Shown here piece after piece: positions 9,901-18,366 of a DNA stretch of 44,429 nucleotides. The stretch covers positions 1 to 44,429 of IMG/VR virus record IMGVR_UViG_3300038556_000031. The stretch is one strand, 5' to 3'. Below the pieces are notes generated by a model. That model saw only the letters and a list, made by a program, of their open reading frames with translations. It did no database searches and was not told the origin of the DNA. This DNA is from a virus. Taxonomy: Duplodnaviria; Caudoviricetes. Every line of letters starts with the position of its first letter. The stretch's first letter is position 1. Made by a program: the position numbers and the translations under genes.

Positions 9901-10093
9901 GAAACCCCGCCGGGCCGCTTTTGGCTTATTGCCCATTTTAAGCCCCGGAAACGGCCTTTAAATTCATTCTTCCCCGGTGAGTAGTGTCTTTTATCATCCC
10001 AGGGCGTGAGAATCGTTTATAGGGCTTTAAAATGGCTTTTGCGGTTTTGCTCTATTGCATTGGCTTTACAGATGGATAGCAGAGGTAAAAAAA

Positions 10094-10156
10094 TATAGCA
10101 TTTGTTTGATTTTGAAAAATTTATACTACATTTGCTCTATTCCCAATTAAAAATCA
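10094..10156 (+). promoter_or_regulatory. Operator + Bacteroidota promoter + leader motif for rha
   Basis: TATAGCATTTGTT 10094-10106, TACATTTG 10127-10134, CCAATTAAAAATCA 10143-10156. Confidence 0.75.
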
Positions 10157-10162
10157 GCCCCT

Positions 10163-10609
10163 ATGCAAAATTTAGTGTATCTGGATAAAAACCGCGTCCC
10201 GGTTACCAATTCGCGGCTAATTGCCCAAGCCTTCGGCAAAAGACACGATAACGTGTTACAGGCAATTGATAGAATGCTTTTGAAAATGACGCCCGAATTA
10301 CGTTTGTTTTGGGTGGAACATTGCAAAATGTTTGCCCTGCCTGCCGATCTGCCCGTAAATTCGGACGGTTCGCCCCGCTACCGCCGAACGCTGGAAATGA
10401 CCCGGGAAGGCTTCGTACTGCTGGCAATGGGCTTTATTGGCCGGGCGGCCTTCTCTAAAAAGCTGGAATACATCGCCGAATTTAACCGACTGGAAGCCGA
10501 TCTACTAAGTACGACGCCCCGGGCGGCCCTTGTCAGTATTCCCGGGCTTGGCAATCCGGCCCCGCTTAGTCCGGCAGCCTTCCGGCGTATGGGTTTGCAG
10601 GGATTGTAA
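10163..10609 (+). CDS. rha: Rha family phage regulatory protein
   Basis: PVTNSRLIAQAFGKRHDNVLQAI and MTREGFVLLAMGF.G..A..K..YIAEFNRLE. Confidence 0.9.
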   Translation: MQNLVYLDKNRVPVTNSRLIAQAFGKRHDNVLQAIDRMLLKMTPELRLFWVEHCKMFALPADLPVNSDGSPRYRRTLEMTREGFVLLAMGFIGRAAFSKKLEYIAEFNRLEADLLSTTPRAALVSIPGLGNPAPLSPAAFRRMGLQGL

Positions 10610-10615
10610 AAAAAA

Positions 10616-10657
10616 TATAGCAATTGTTTGTAGTGTGTATAACAAGTGCTATATTTG
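10616..10657 (+). promoter_or_regulatory. Operator-overlapped promoter with no downstream ORF
   Basis: TTTG 10627-10630, 19-bp spacer, TATATTTG 10650-10657; operator-like boxes at 10616 and 10641. Confidence 0.7.
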
Positions 10658-10659
10658 TT

Positions 10660-10762
10660 GCAACAAAGGCTATCCGGCGTAAAACCTCGCAAGTATTTAA
10701 CGCAAAAGCTGGCGTTTCTCAACAAACAAAAAACCCGGCTGGCAAATCCCGGGTTTTTCTTT
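10660..10762 (+). ncRNA. Candidate ~100-nt small RNA
   Basis: Canonical promoter upstream, hairpin plus U-tract at 10729-10762, no ATG in between. Confidence 0.45.
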
Positions 10763-10825
10763 CGACTTTCTGGCCTTTGGGCTGTGATAATATTGTAAGT
10801 GGTTTATTTAATTTCTGGTGGATGG

Positions 10826-10856
10826 AAAAAGCCCGCGGTTTTGCTGCGGGCTTTTT
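10826..10856. terminator. Bidirectional intrinsic terminator
   Basis: AAAAAGCCCGCGG-TTTTG-CTGCGGGCTTTTT. Confidence 0.75.
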
Positions 10857-10889
10857 GTTATTCCGGGGGCTAGTTGCTCCGGGGCCGGA

Positions 10890-11834
10890 TTAGTTGGGCC
10901 GCCCGTCTATTTCGATTTCCTGCCGGATACCGCCCCGCCCGAATGAGTAACGAACGCTTTTAACCAGATAGCGGCCCGACCGTTCGGGGTTTAGCTTGTC
11001 GGTAAACAAAACTACGTCGCCGTGCCGGGCCAATGGATACCCAAAGGCGGTAAAGCTGCCCGCCAGCCCGTCGAATTTTAGCTTTCTTAGTTCGGCCTTT
11101 GCCTGCCCTTTGATAAAGTCTAACGTTTTATCGTAGACATGAATAGTACGAACGGCCCCGCCCTTGTCGCCGTCTTCCCAGGTAATTTTCTTGTTATTGG
11201 GTAGCATGGAAATGATCTTTATCCAGACTTTGACGTCTTCGGCCTTTGAATAGGTTAGTCCGCTGTCGTCTTCTATGTTGTAGCTGGCATTAAACTTTAC
11301 CTGTTTCTGCGCTGTACCCGTGTAAGGCAGGCCCACATACAAAACGCCATCCCGGATAAATGAATACAGGTTATAGGCTTTTTTAAGTTCGTCTAAAACT
11401 TGGGCTACCGTTACGTTTCCTTTTATTCGGAACTTGCCCAGGCTCACCGCCGGGCACTGGAAAGGAACGGGGCAAATGTCAGTAAGTAACTGGCGAAGCG
11501 TCACCGACTTTTTACTGTAATTGTCTACCGTCTTTTGCTTTAGTAAATAGGCTGCGTCTTCACAATGAAACACAAGCGGCGTGCCCGGTTCAATGCGGGC
11601 CAGATAGCCAGTAAACAGCGTTTCAAAATTGTAATCGTACCCTATCTCTATTACTACTTTGTCGCCCCGGGCAAACAATTCACTGCCGACGGGCTGGCCC
11701 TTCATTTGCAATTTGCGGGGCACTTTTATAATGGCCTTGTCGGTCAGAGATTCCCAAGTAGAGGTAATTTCTATTTCCGAAGTGAATATAAAACGGTATT
11801 TGCCAATAGTGTAGCGGCATGTAATTTGTTTCAT
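10890..11834 (-). CDS. Baseplate hub / late control D (Mu gp44-like)
   Basis: WESLTDKA.I..PR, I.IGYD..LFTGY, G.FT.FG.P..HGD, G.YLVKSV..FG.GG.RQ. Confidence 0.85.
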   Translation of the reverse strand: MKQITCRYTIGKYRFIFTSEIEITSTWESLTDKAIIKVPRKLQMKGQPVGSELFARGDKVVIEIGYDYNFETLFTGYLARIEPGTPLVFHCEDAAYLLKQKTVDNYSKKSVTLRQLLTDICPVPFQCPAVSLGKFRIKGNVTVAQVLDELKKAYNLYSFIRDGVLYVGLPYTGTAQKQVKFNASYNIEDDSGLTYSKAEDVKVWIKIISMLPNNKKITWEDGDKGGAVRTIHVYDKTLDFIKGQAKAELRKLKFDGLAGSFTAFGYPLARHGDVVLFTDKLNPERSGRYLVKSVRYSFGRGGIRQEIEIDGRPN

Positions 11835-11844
11835 GGAAGGGCAT

Positions 11845-12402
11845 TTAATCTAAGATTTCCAACTCGAAAGGGTCGTCTGATACGCATTGCAGCGTAAAAA
11901 CCTGCGTATTGTGATGCCCGGGCCGCTGTGGCAGTTCGTAGTTTTCAATTACCAGCTTATAAATGCCGAAACTGTTTAGATAACGGCTTACAATGTCAAC
12001 GGCAACGGGGGCTTTTAGTATCTGTTGCAGTGTGTTTACTTCGCTGGCCGGGTAAACATAGGTATAGTCAGAAGTAAAGATACCTTGCACGGTTACGTAG
12101 TAATCGCCGTCGGAAACGTATTCTTTGAACGTGCCCCGGCGGCCATTTACGGGCGTTTTCACTACGTTCTTTTGCATGGAAACCGTTAGTAAAACCCCCT
12201 GCATAACCAGCCCGGGAAAGTTTATTAAGTTGCCGTTTTCGTCCCGGTAGCTGCCCGCCTTTACTTCCAACGCCGAATAAACGGGCGTGTTTAGCTGCGA
12301 AGAATAGCCAAATGGTTCGTCCCGTTCGTAGTCTACAGGTTGGGTAATTGGGCTTAGTTGCCTTAGCCCAAATTCCCCAAGCAATAATTCTAATTGTGCC
12401 AT
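11845..12402 (-). CDS. Tail tube initiator (DUF6046-like)
   Basis: KNVVKTPVNGRRGTFKEYVSDGDY, C-terminal SDDPFEL; after tape measure. Confidence 0.75.
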   Translation of the reverse strand: MAQLELLLGEFGLRQLSPITQPVDYERDEPFGYSSQLNTPVYSALEVKAGSYRDENGNLINFPGLVMQGVLLTVSMQKNVVKTPVNGRRGTFKEYVSDGDYYVTVQGIFTSDYTYVYPASEVNTLQQILKAPVAVDIVSRYLNSFGIYKLVIENYELPQRPGHHNTQVFTLQCVSDDPFELEILD

Positions 12403-12443
12403 AGTCTTTTTGTAAAGGGCTTTTTGTAATGTACATTACACTT

Positions 12444-14099
12444 TTACCCGCCGATGTATTCAACGTCCCGGACTGCATCTAACAAAGCGTTAGAAACCAT
12501 ATCTTTTATTTTCGCTTCACTGTCGGCGGTTTTGGTCGTCTGTATCGTAAAGTTTTCGATTAGCTTGTTAATGTTTACCGTCAGGTTTCGGGCTGCTTTG
12601 GCGTCGGCCTGTACGCCAGCAATTCCGGCTTTTATGCTGTTCGGGTCAGCGGTCGGCAATTTCAGGCCGCCCGGGCCTTTGCCTAATGGCCCGTCGCCCT
12701 CTTTTTGGGCGTAGTACTTGCCTAAAGCGTCGGTATCGGTTACCGATTGGGCCGGGCCGTTTACTTCCCTTACACCCTCGTTATAGCCCTTTGCGGCAGC
12801 CTGCCCGATCTTTACGCCGTATTTGGCAACGGCGTTTAATTGCTGGCTCATGCCTTCGACAATCTTGGATTTGTCGAAACTTAATGCCCCTTCTACGATT
12901 TTGGCAAAGCCCCCGAAAACGCCTTTTGCCATATCGGCAAAGTTTGTAAATACGGTCTTTATCCCTTCCCAAAATCCCATAATTCCGCCGCGAAACCAAT
13001 CAATTTTATTCCAGGCCCAAACGATTGCAGCCACTAGCGCGGCAATGCCTGCAATTACCAAGCCTACCGGGTTTGCGGTCATGGCGACATTTACCGCCCA
13101 TTGCACGGCCTCCCAGGCCGCCAGGGCCTTTTGTACTGTCCAAATGGCGGCTACTGCGCTACCTATCACACTAACCCAAAAACTAAGCCCTTCCGAATGT
13201 TCTTTTACCCAGCCGATACCGTCTTTAATCCAGCCGAAAACCGATTTCAGGGCCGGAATCAAGTAAGTGCGTAGGCCATTGACTACGGCCATAATTTCGG
13301 GTAGAAACTGCGTTGTAAAATCCCGTTGCAGGCTTAGTACGCTGTTATCCAGTCGGTTTAAATTCGATTGTACCGAATTGGTTGCAGTTTCCAAGCCCCC
13401 GGCAAATTCCTTTTCCATTTGGGCGGCAAACCGGGGCAAAAATTCTTCGGCTGTCAACTTGCCATCTGACATAAATTTGTCAAGTTCGCTCGTTGTCATA
13501 TCCATAGCCCGGGCGGCAATCTGGAAGGCCCCCGGTATGCGTTCGCCGATCTGGCCGCGCAATTCTTCGGCCTGCACCTTGCCTTTGCTCATTATCTGAC
13601 CAAGTGCCAGAAATACGCCCTTTGAATCATCTGCATTCAGGTTCATTACCGCCGCCCCGGTCGAAACCTGCCTAAACATATTTCGCACTTGTTCGGCCTG
13701 AAATTTACTACCCATCATTGCGCCTTGAAAGGTTTTAAAACCTTCGGTCATGGCGGCTTGATTGAGGCCCAGCCGTTCGGATTCATCATTTAGAAAGTCT
13801 AAACTTTTAGCCCCTTCTTTGGCAGAGCCAGAGGCAAAGCGAATAGCGTTTTCCGTGCCCCAAATCCCGGCGGTAGTCTTTACCGCGTTTATGGCTTGGC
13901 TGGCCGTCAGATAGCCCGCAATGCCAGCCGTAGCGGCTTTAAATGGGTTTATCGTACCTAGCCCCTCAAACTTGCGGCGGGTCTTGTCTGCCGCCCCGTC
14001 AACGTCGCCAAATGCTTTTTTACCGTTTGATGTGAACTTAGCCAGGCCGCCGCTGGCAAAATCTTTTAGGAATATTGAAAAACTAACACTTTCGGCCAT
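12444..14099 (-). CDS. Tape measure protein
   Basis: ALGQIMSKGKVQAEELRGQIGERIPGA motif; ANPVGLVIAGIAALV hydrophobic tract. Confidence 0.95.
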   Translation of the reverse strand: MAESVSFSIFLKDFASGGLAKFTSNGKKAFGDVDGAADKTRRKFEGLGTINPFKAATAGIAGYLTASQAINAVKTTAGIWGTENAIRFASGSAKEGAKSLDFLNDESERLGLNQAAMTEGFKTFQGAMMGSKFQAEQVRNMFRQVSTGAAVMNLNADDSKGVFLALGQIMSKGKVQAEELRGQIGERIPGAFQIAARAMDMTTSELDKFMSDGKLTAEEFLPRFAAQMEKEFAGGLETATNSVQSNLNRLDNSVLSLQRDFTTQFLPEIMAVVNGLRTYLIPALKSVFGWIKDGIGWVKEHSEGLSFWVSVIGSAVAAIWTVQKALAAWEAVQWAVNVAMTANPVGLVIAGIAALVAAIVWAWNKIDWFRGGIMGFWEGIKTVFTNFADMAKGVFGGFAKIVEGALSFDKSKIVEGMSQQLNAVAKYGVKIGQAAAKGYNEGVREVNGPAQSVTDTDALGKYYAQKEGDGPLGKGPGGLKLPTADPNSIKAGIAGVQADAKAARNLTVNINKLIENFTIQTTKTADSEAKIKDMVSNALLDAVRDVEYIGG

Positions 14100-14118
14100 A
14101 CTGTATTTGCCCTTTCTA

Positions 14119-14639
14119 TTAATTTCGTGTCTGTGGGTTGGTAAATTTTAAGGCCCATTTAAGCTGCTGCCAGTTGGCCGCTAACTGGTTTTCGCTCATG
14201 GCGTCAGCGTCCAAATGATAGTAAAACTTAATAAGGGCCTTAATTTTCTGTATCTCGGTTAGTTCCCCTTTGTGGCGGCTTAAAGCTTTTTTACTTTCGC
14301 TATTTTCACCGAAAACAGTTTATCTAATACGCCCATAACTGACAGAAACAATTGTTCGTCGTCTACTAATCTTCTGTCGCCCGCTACGATCAGGTTTTTG
14401 GCTACAATCTGCATTCCGCTAACGGGCTGGCCTGAGCCCTGCAAGGTGGCGTACAAATCCAGTTCTTTGATGGAAGGGGCACGGAATACGCCCGCTAGTA
14501 CGATTTCTTCGCCGTTAGGGCCTTCGGTTTCTACTTCTACCAAATGAATGTCTTTAAATTGGGCCTTTAGGGCTACAACATCAAAACCGTGATTGTTTTC
14601 TGATTGGTTGTTTACCGCCGGATTGTTTTCTGTCTGCAT
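14119..14639 (-). CDS. Tail assembly chaperone, long -1 frameshift form (gpGT-like)
   Basis: A AAA AAG slip site at 14292-14286; -1 frame open to TAA at 14119-14121 (ALSRHKGELTEIQKIKALIKFYYHLDADAMSENQLAANWQQLKWALKFTNPQTRN). Confidence 0.8.
14280..14639 (-). CDS. Tail assembly chaperone, short form (gpG-like)
   Basis: Between tube and tape measure; ends VKKL over the slippery heptamer. Confidence 0.85.
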   Translation of the reverse strand: MQTENNPAVNNQSENNHGFDVVALKAQFKDIHLVEVETEGPNGEEIVLAGVFRAPSIKELDLYATLQGSGQPVSGMQIVAKNLIVAGDRRLVDDEQLFLSVMGVLDKLFSVKIAKVKKL

Positions 14640-14722
14640 CTTGTTTAAGAAAGTTTAAGTTATGGGTAGTAAAAGAGTAGGGGAAAGGGGGTTTTACGCC
14701 CCCTGTTGGTTAATAGACTGGC

Positions 14723-15163
14723 TTAGTAGATTGCGCCCGGTTTCCAGTCAATGTGTGAACACATGAAAGGAATTTCGGCGGTAATGCCTGTAGAACCCGT
14801 TTCCATTTCGCGGCTGTTTCGGGTAAGTTTCACGTTTTTGATGATGTGGGTTACCATTTCCTTTTCAGGGTTGAGGAAAGACACAACAATGTCAAAAACG
14901 GGTAAATCCTGAATACGCCCCGACGGGCTGGCCTTTTGCAAAAATTCTACTTCCTCCATTTGCAAAGTCATAGAACCAGAGCAATCTATTTGACCCATGC
15001 CATAGGAAAAGGGCATATTACCCGCCGCATAGTTCTTTTCTATGGTTTGTTCGTCGGCATAGTTCAGGGCCGTAATGCCGACTAGCGGGCGGTTTGCCCC
15101 GGCAATTTTTACGACCAGTTGCGCCCAGTCATAGGCGCGGCCATTAATCAAAGGAAATGCCAT
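14723..15163 (-). CDS. Tail tube protein
   Basis: LINGRAYDW, NY.AG..P.S.G.G, FDIVVSF; follows sheath. Confidence 0.85.
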   Translation of the reverse strand: MAFPLINGRAYDWAQLVVKIAGANRPLVGITALNYADEQTIEKNYAAGNMPFSYGMGQIDCSGSMTLQMEEVEFLQKASPSGRIQDLPVFDIVVSFLNPEKEMVTHIIKNVKLTRNSREMETGSTGITAEIPFMCSHIDWKPGAIY

Positions 15164-15274
15164 TTTGTAGAATTGATTTTTAATTGGGAAGAAAACCGGG
15201 CCGTTTGAGCATTATAAAGAGGCTTGCCCGGTATTGTTATTTTTGTGGCCCCTTACTGGCCCCTTAGCCGTGGA

Positions 15275-16429
15275 TTACTGGCCGGAAATCTTGGAGACAA
15301 AGCCGATATACACTTTTATGCTTGTGGCCGTTCCTACTGGCACGATTTCAATTTTTACTTTGATTTCGTCGGTAGCTAGTACGTTTTGGTTTGGGTCAAT
15401 GGTAACCAATCCGCCGGAAACCTCGCCGTTTGCCTGCATCAAGTCTAGCTGTTTTTGCCCTACCGCCTCGTAGCTTCGCACTGTGTCTAACGTCAGCTTC
15501 CCCGTGTTGCGGTCAACGACTACCGGACTGTTTACAAAGGGCAAAAGGGCCGTTCTGACGTTGCGTATGGCCTTGTCAATGGTTCGCACAAGGGCTATGC
15601 GCGAATAGTCGCCCGTGGCGGCTGTATGGTCGGTAGAAAAATAACTGCCGTCTAAGCCTACCAGCTTACGCAAGAAAATATAATGCTTGGCGTCTAAATC
15701 GTTTTGCTGTGTCTTGGTAACGGTTTTGTAGTCGTTCCCGGTGGAAAATGCCAGTTCGTCAAGTTCCGTGCCGGCCACGTTGAATTTGTTTACCCATCCG
15801 ATATTTTCCGAAACGCTGGCAAGCGAAACGGCCCCAAGCAAGGCCCCGACGGCTGGCATTGAGTAACCCAGCGTAGCGGCCAGTGTGGCCCCTTGCCCGC
15901 TTTTGGATTCTGAAATGATAACGGCAACATTCGGGCAATTCAGGCCCGACAAATCCGGCAGCGAAGTAAGGGTAAGCCCGCCCATATCGGCCCCCAAAAG
16001 GATAACTAACGGGGTATGTTCGCCCTCTAGTTCGGTGGCTACGCCTTGCAGGCCCGTTACCAGCGAAGCGGCAAAAACTTGATCTGTCAGAAATACGGCC
16101 ACTTGGCGAATTTTGCCGTCGGCGACAAGCTGCATATCTTTGATCTTTGTAAAATCGGTAGTTGTCGCCCCGGTAAATGCTACGTAAACCGTCCCGTTTT
16201 CCATAATGCGGAAATATTCGGAAAGCTGGTAATTAAGGGCCGGAAAGTCGGCGGCAGTTATTCCGCTGTCTTCGGCTTCTTTGAGGCTGTAAAACTGCCG
16301 TACCGTATCTGTCCCATACCCGGCAGGCTTAACGCCGCCATACAGAAACCCGCTTACGTAGTCTTGGCCTTCGGGCTGGCGGCCTAAACCCCCTTGCCCC
16401 TTAATGAAACTAATATCGCCTAAAGCCAT
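15275..16429 (-). CDS. Tail sheath protein (DUF2586-like)
   Basis: GQGGLGR start, R.IDKAIR, IDPNQNVL..I.IVPVG end. Confidence 0.85.
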   Translation of the reverse strand: MALGDISFIKGQGGLGRQPEGQDYVSGFLYGGVKPAGYGTDTVRQFYSLKEAEDSGITAADFPALNYQLSEYFRIMENGTVYVAFTGATTTDFTKIKDMQLVADGKIRQVAVFLTDQVFAASLVTGLQGVATELEGEHTPLVILLGADMGGLTLTSLPDLSGLNCPNVAVIISESKSGQGATLAATLGYSMPAVGALLGAVSLASVSENIGWVNKFNVAGTELDELAFSTGNDYKTVTKTQQNDLDAKHYIFLRKLVGLDGSYFSTDHTAATGDYSRIALVRTIDKAIRNVRTALLPFVNSPVVVDRNTGKLTLDTVRSYEAVGQKQLDLMQANGEVSGGLVTIDPNQNVLATDEIKVKIEIVPVGTATSIKVYIGFVSKISGQ

Positions 16430-16460
16430 TTTATAGAATTTGATTTTTAATTGGGAATAG

Positions 16461-16527
16461 TTAAACGGCCTTTTCTGCCGGGGCTACCCTTTTATGCCGG
16501 GGCTACCCTTTGTAAAAGGCCGTTTAA
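16461..16527. repeat. 14-bp inverted repeat enclosing a tandem 17-bp direct repeat
   Basis: TTAAACGGCCTTTT ... AAAAGGCCGTTTAA around TGCCGGGGCTACCCTTT x2 (16476, 16495). Confidence 0.9.
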
Positions 16528-16547
16528 ATGCGCTGTATTCAATTTTG

Positions 16548-16958
16548 TTACTGTGTCGGCTGTTGGGGCGTCGCTTCGGTCTTGGCTGGTTCTGCGGCCT
16601 TCTTTGCGGCCTCTGCGGCCTTTTTGGCGTCGGCTTTGGCTTTGGCGTCGGCTTCGTCTTTCAATTCTTTCAGGATTTCGGCCCGTAGCTTTTCTTTTTG
16701 TTCGGCGTCAGCAATGGCGGCAGCGGCGGCGACACGTTCGGCGTTTTCCTTTTCGGCTACCTGTTCGGCTTCGTATTCTTTGGCTACCATTTCGCCGTAC
16801 ATATCCTCAATTTGACCGATGGAATAGGTTTTGTAATCCTGCCCGTCTGGAATCATTTGTTTTCTGAAAACGTGGTTACCGTCTTCGGTTACAAATACCT
16901 TTTCGATGCCTTTGGCCTCCATTGTCGAATAAACTTCTTTTAGTGCTTTCGGTTTCAT
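16548..16958 (-). CDS. Hypothetical virion-module protein with Ala/Lys/Glu-rich tail
   Basis: FVTEDGNHVF N-terminal motif, coiled-coil C-terminus; 4-bp overlap with upstream gene. Confidence 0.6.
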   Translation of the reverse strand: MKPKALKEVYSTMEAKGIEKVFVTEDGNHVFRKQMIPDGQDYKTYSIGQIEDMYGEMVAKEYEAEQVAEKENAERVAAAAAIADAEQKEKLRAEILKELKDEADAKAKADAKKAAEAAKKAAEPAKTEATPQQPTQ

Positions 16959-17203
16959 TTTGCGTATGCGGTGTCTTTAAGTAAGTAAAGATTTAGATTC
17001 AATGTGTTTTTGCCCTTTTTCTTAAAATCCAGCTTGGATAAATCAACTTGCGGCGGGCAGGGTTTAACCGCCGGACAATTGCAATCGGGGCATTTTACCG
17101 CCGCTACGGGCTTGGCAATAACCCGGCTTTGCAGCCATTGCCCACTAACTACGCCTAACAGAAAGGCGGCAGCCAGGGCGATTATTTTTATGTATTTTTG
17201 CAT
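16955..17203 (-). CDS. Membrane-anchored Cys/Pro-rich protein, possible spanin component
   Basis: N-terminal TM, CPDCNCPAVKPCPP; follows endolysin. Confidence 0.45.
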   Translation of the reverse strand: MQKYIKIIALAAAFLLGVVSGQWLQSRVIAKPVAAVKCPDCNCPAVKPCPPQVDLSKLDFKKKGKNTLNLNLYLLKDTAYAK

Positions 17204-18069
17204 TTGTATTTAACGGGCGTAAAAGCGATGATTCTAAAATGGCTAGTTGGTACAATCGTGCGACTGCGGGCGTAAATGCCGCCCCCGTTGGCTTGGCTGC
17301 CCTTCGTTCCCGGCGACGTATTGGCCTCAATTGTGGTAAATGAGGCGTCAGAAATGCGCTTTGTTACAAAACCTACGTGCCCCTGCCAGCTTTCGCCCCT
17401 TCGCCATACTACCACTTCGCCCCCCTGCAATTTGTATTCGCCCCGTAGTACCTTTTCTGCCGGGATAGAGCCCGGGATTACAAACCCCCGGGCCGCCGCC
17501 GTTTTAACCAATTTGCCATTTACTGCCGGATAGCAAGCCCCGGACTTGTCAAGTACGAACGAAACAAACGCCGCGCAATAGGAATAGCCCCCGCCCAGGC
17601 CAACAAATTTTAAGAACGTTTCAACTTCGGGGCCGCGGTTGGAGTTTCGCGGCTTTTCTGTCACTCCTACGTACTTTTCAGCTATTGCAATATGCGGCAG
17701 TTTATTAGCCGCCGTTTGCGCTGGCGTTTGTGCGTGAACCGTTGCGCCTAAAACGATCAAGGCAATAGCTAGAATTATCTTGCCTAATAAAACCGCTTTT
17801 TCGCTATCGGTCAGCCGTTCGATAATCTTTGATAAACTGAGTTTGGGAAACAAAAAATAGGTAGCCATCCGCCAAACCAAAAGGCCCGAAAAGGCGTAGA
17901 GGAAAAAGGCGGCAAGGCCGGAAAATTCGGTAAGCTGTGGCGTAGACAAAAAGCCCAATTGCTTTAATGGTTCGCCCGGATAGGTAGCAAAAACAGCTAA
18001 GAGGGCAAACATTACCAGCCCGCCCAAAAAGCCGAACTCTTTAAAAAATCGTTGCAGGGATTTAAGCAT
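17188..18069 (-). CDS. CHAP-domain endolysin with N-terminal transmembrane segments
   Basis: NRGPEV, YCAAFV (Cys), GHVGFV (His), IEANT; about 3 hydrophobic segments in the first 113 aa. Confidence 0.85.
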   Translation of the reverse strand: MLKSLQRFFKEFGFLGGLVMFALLAVFATYPGEPLKQLGFLSTPQLTEFSGLAAFFLYAFSGLLVWRMATYFLFPKLSLSKIIERLTDSEKAVLLGKIILAIALIVLGATVHAQTPAQTAANKLPHIAIAEKYVGVTEKPRNSNRGPEVETFLKFVGLGGGYSYCAAFVSFVLDKSGACYPAVNGKLVKTAAARGFVIPGSIPAEKVLRGEYKLQGGEVVVWRRGESWQGHVGFVTKRISDASFTTIEANTSPGTKGSQANGGGIYARSRTIVPTSHFRIIAFTPVKYKCKNT

Positions 18070-18313
18070 AAATAGTATCTTTTGGAACTGTGTTTTTTAG
18101 ACGATCTTTTTTTTCTGGAAATAGCTTTTTTAAAAGCCTTGTAACCGCAAACCCGACTACTGCCCCGATTGTAGGAACCAGAAAGGCCGCGTAAATGAAA
18201 TGCGTAAAGTTTGGCGGTTCGGTCGTGGTTTCCTGTAGGGGCAGCGTTAGTACGCCAGCAATTCCGCCGATATAACCGCAAATAGTCCCTACAACGTCGT
18301 ATTTCATGGGCAT
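18062..18313 (-). CDS. Putative holin
   Basis: 83 aa, two hydrophobic segments, basic C-terminus, overlaps endolysin start. Confidence 0.55.
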   Translation of the reverse strand: MPMKYDVVGTICGYIGGIAGVLTLPLQETTTEPPNFTHFIYAAFLVPTIGAVVGFAVTRLLKKLFPEKKDRLKNTVPKDTIYA

Positions 18314-18366
18314 AAGAAGAAAGAAAAGGAACCGGGCAAAACCCGGCCCTTTGTCACCTTAAACAC

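Noticed and set aside
10770-10825. Possible antisense partner of the 14-mer leader (TGGTTTATTTAATTTCTGG)
   Set aside because: Complementarity is only partial, AT-rich, and lies beyond the terminator
10624-10893. 89-aa track ORF
   Set aside because: Starts within a promoter at TTG and crosses two terminators
1-16429. Tailocin / extracellular contractile injection system
   Set aside because: Capsid, portal, terminase and integrase are present, so this is a phage
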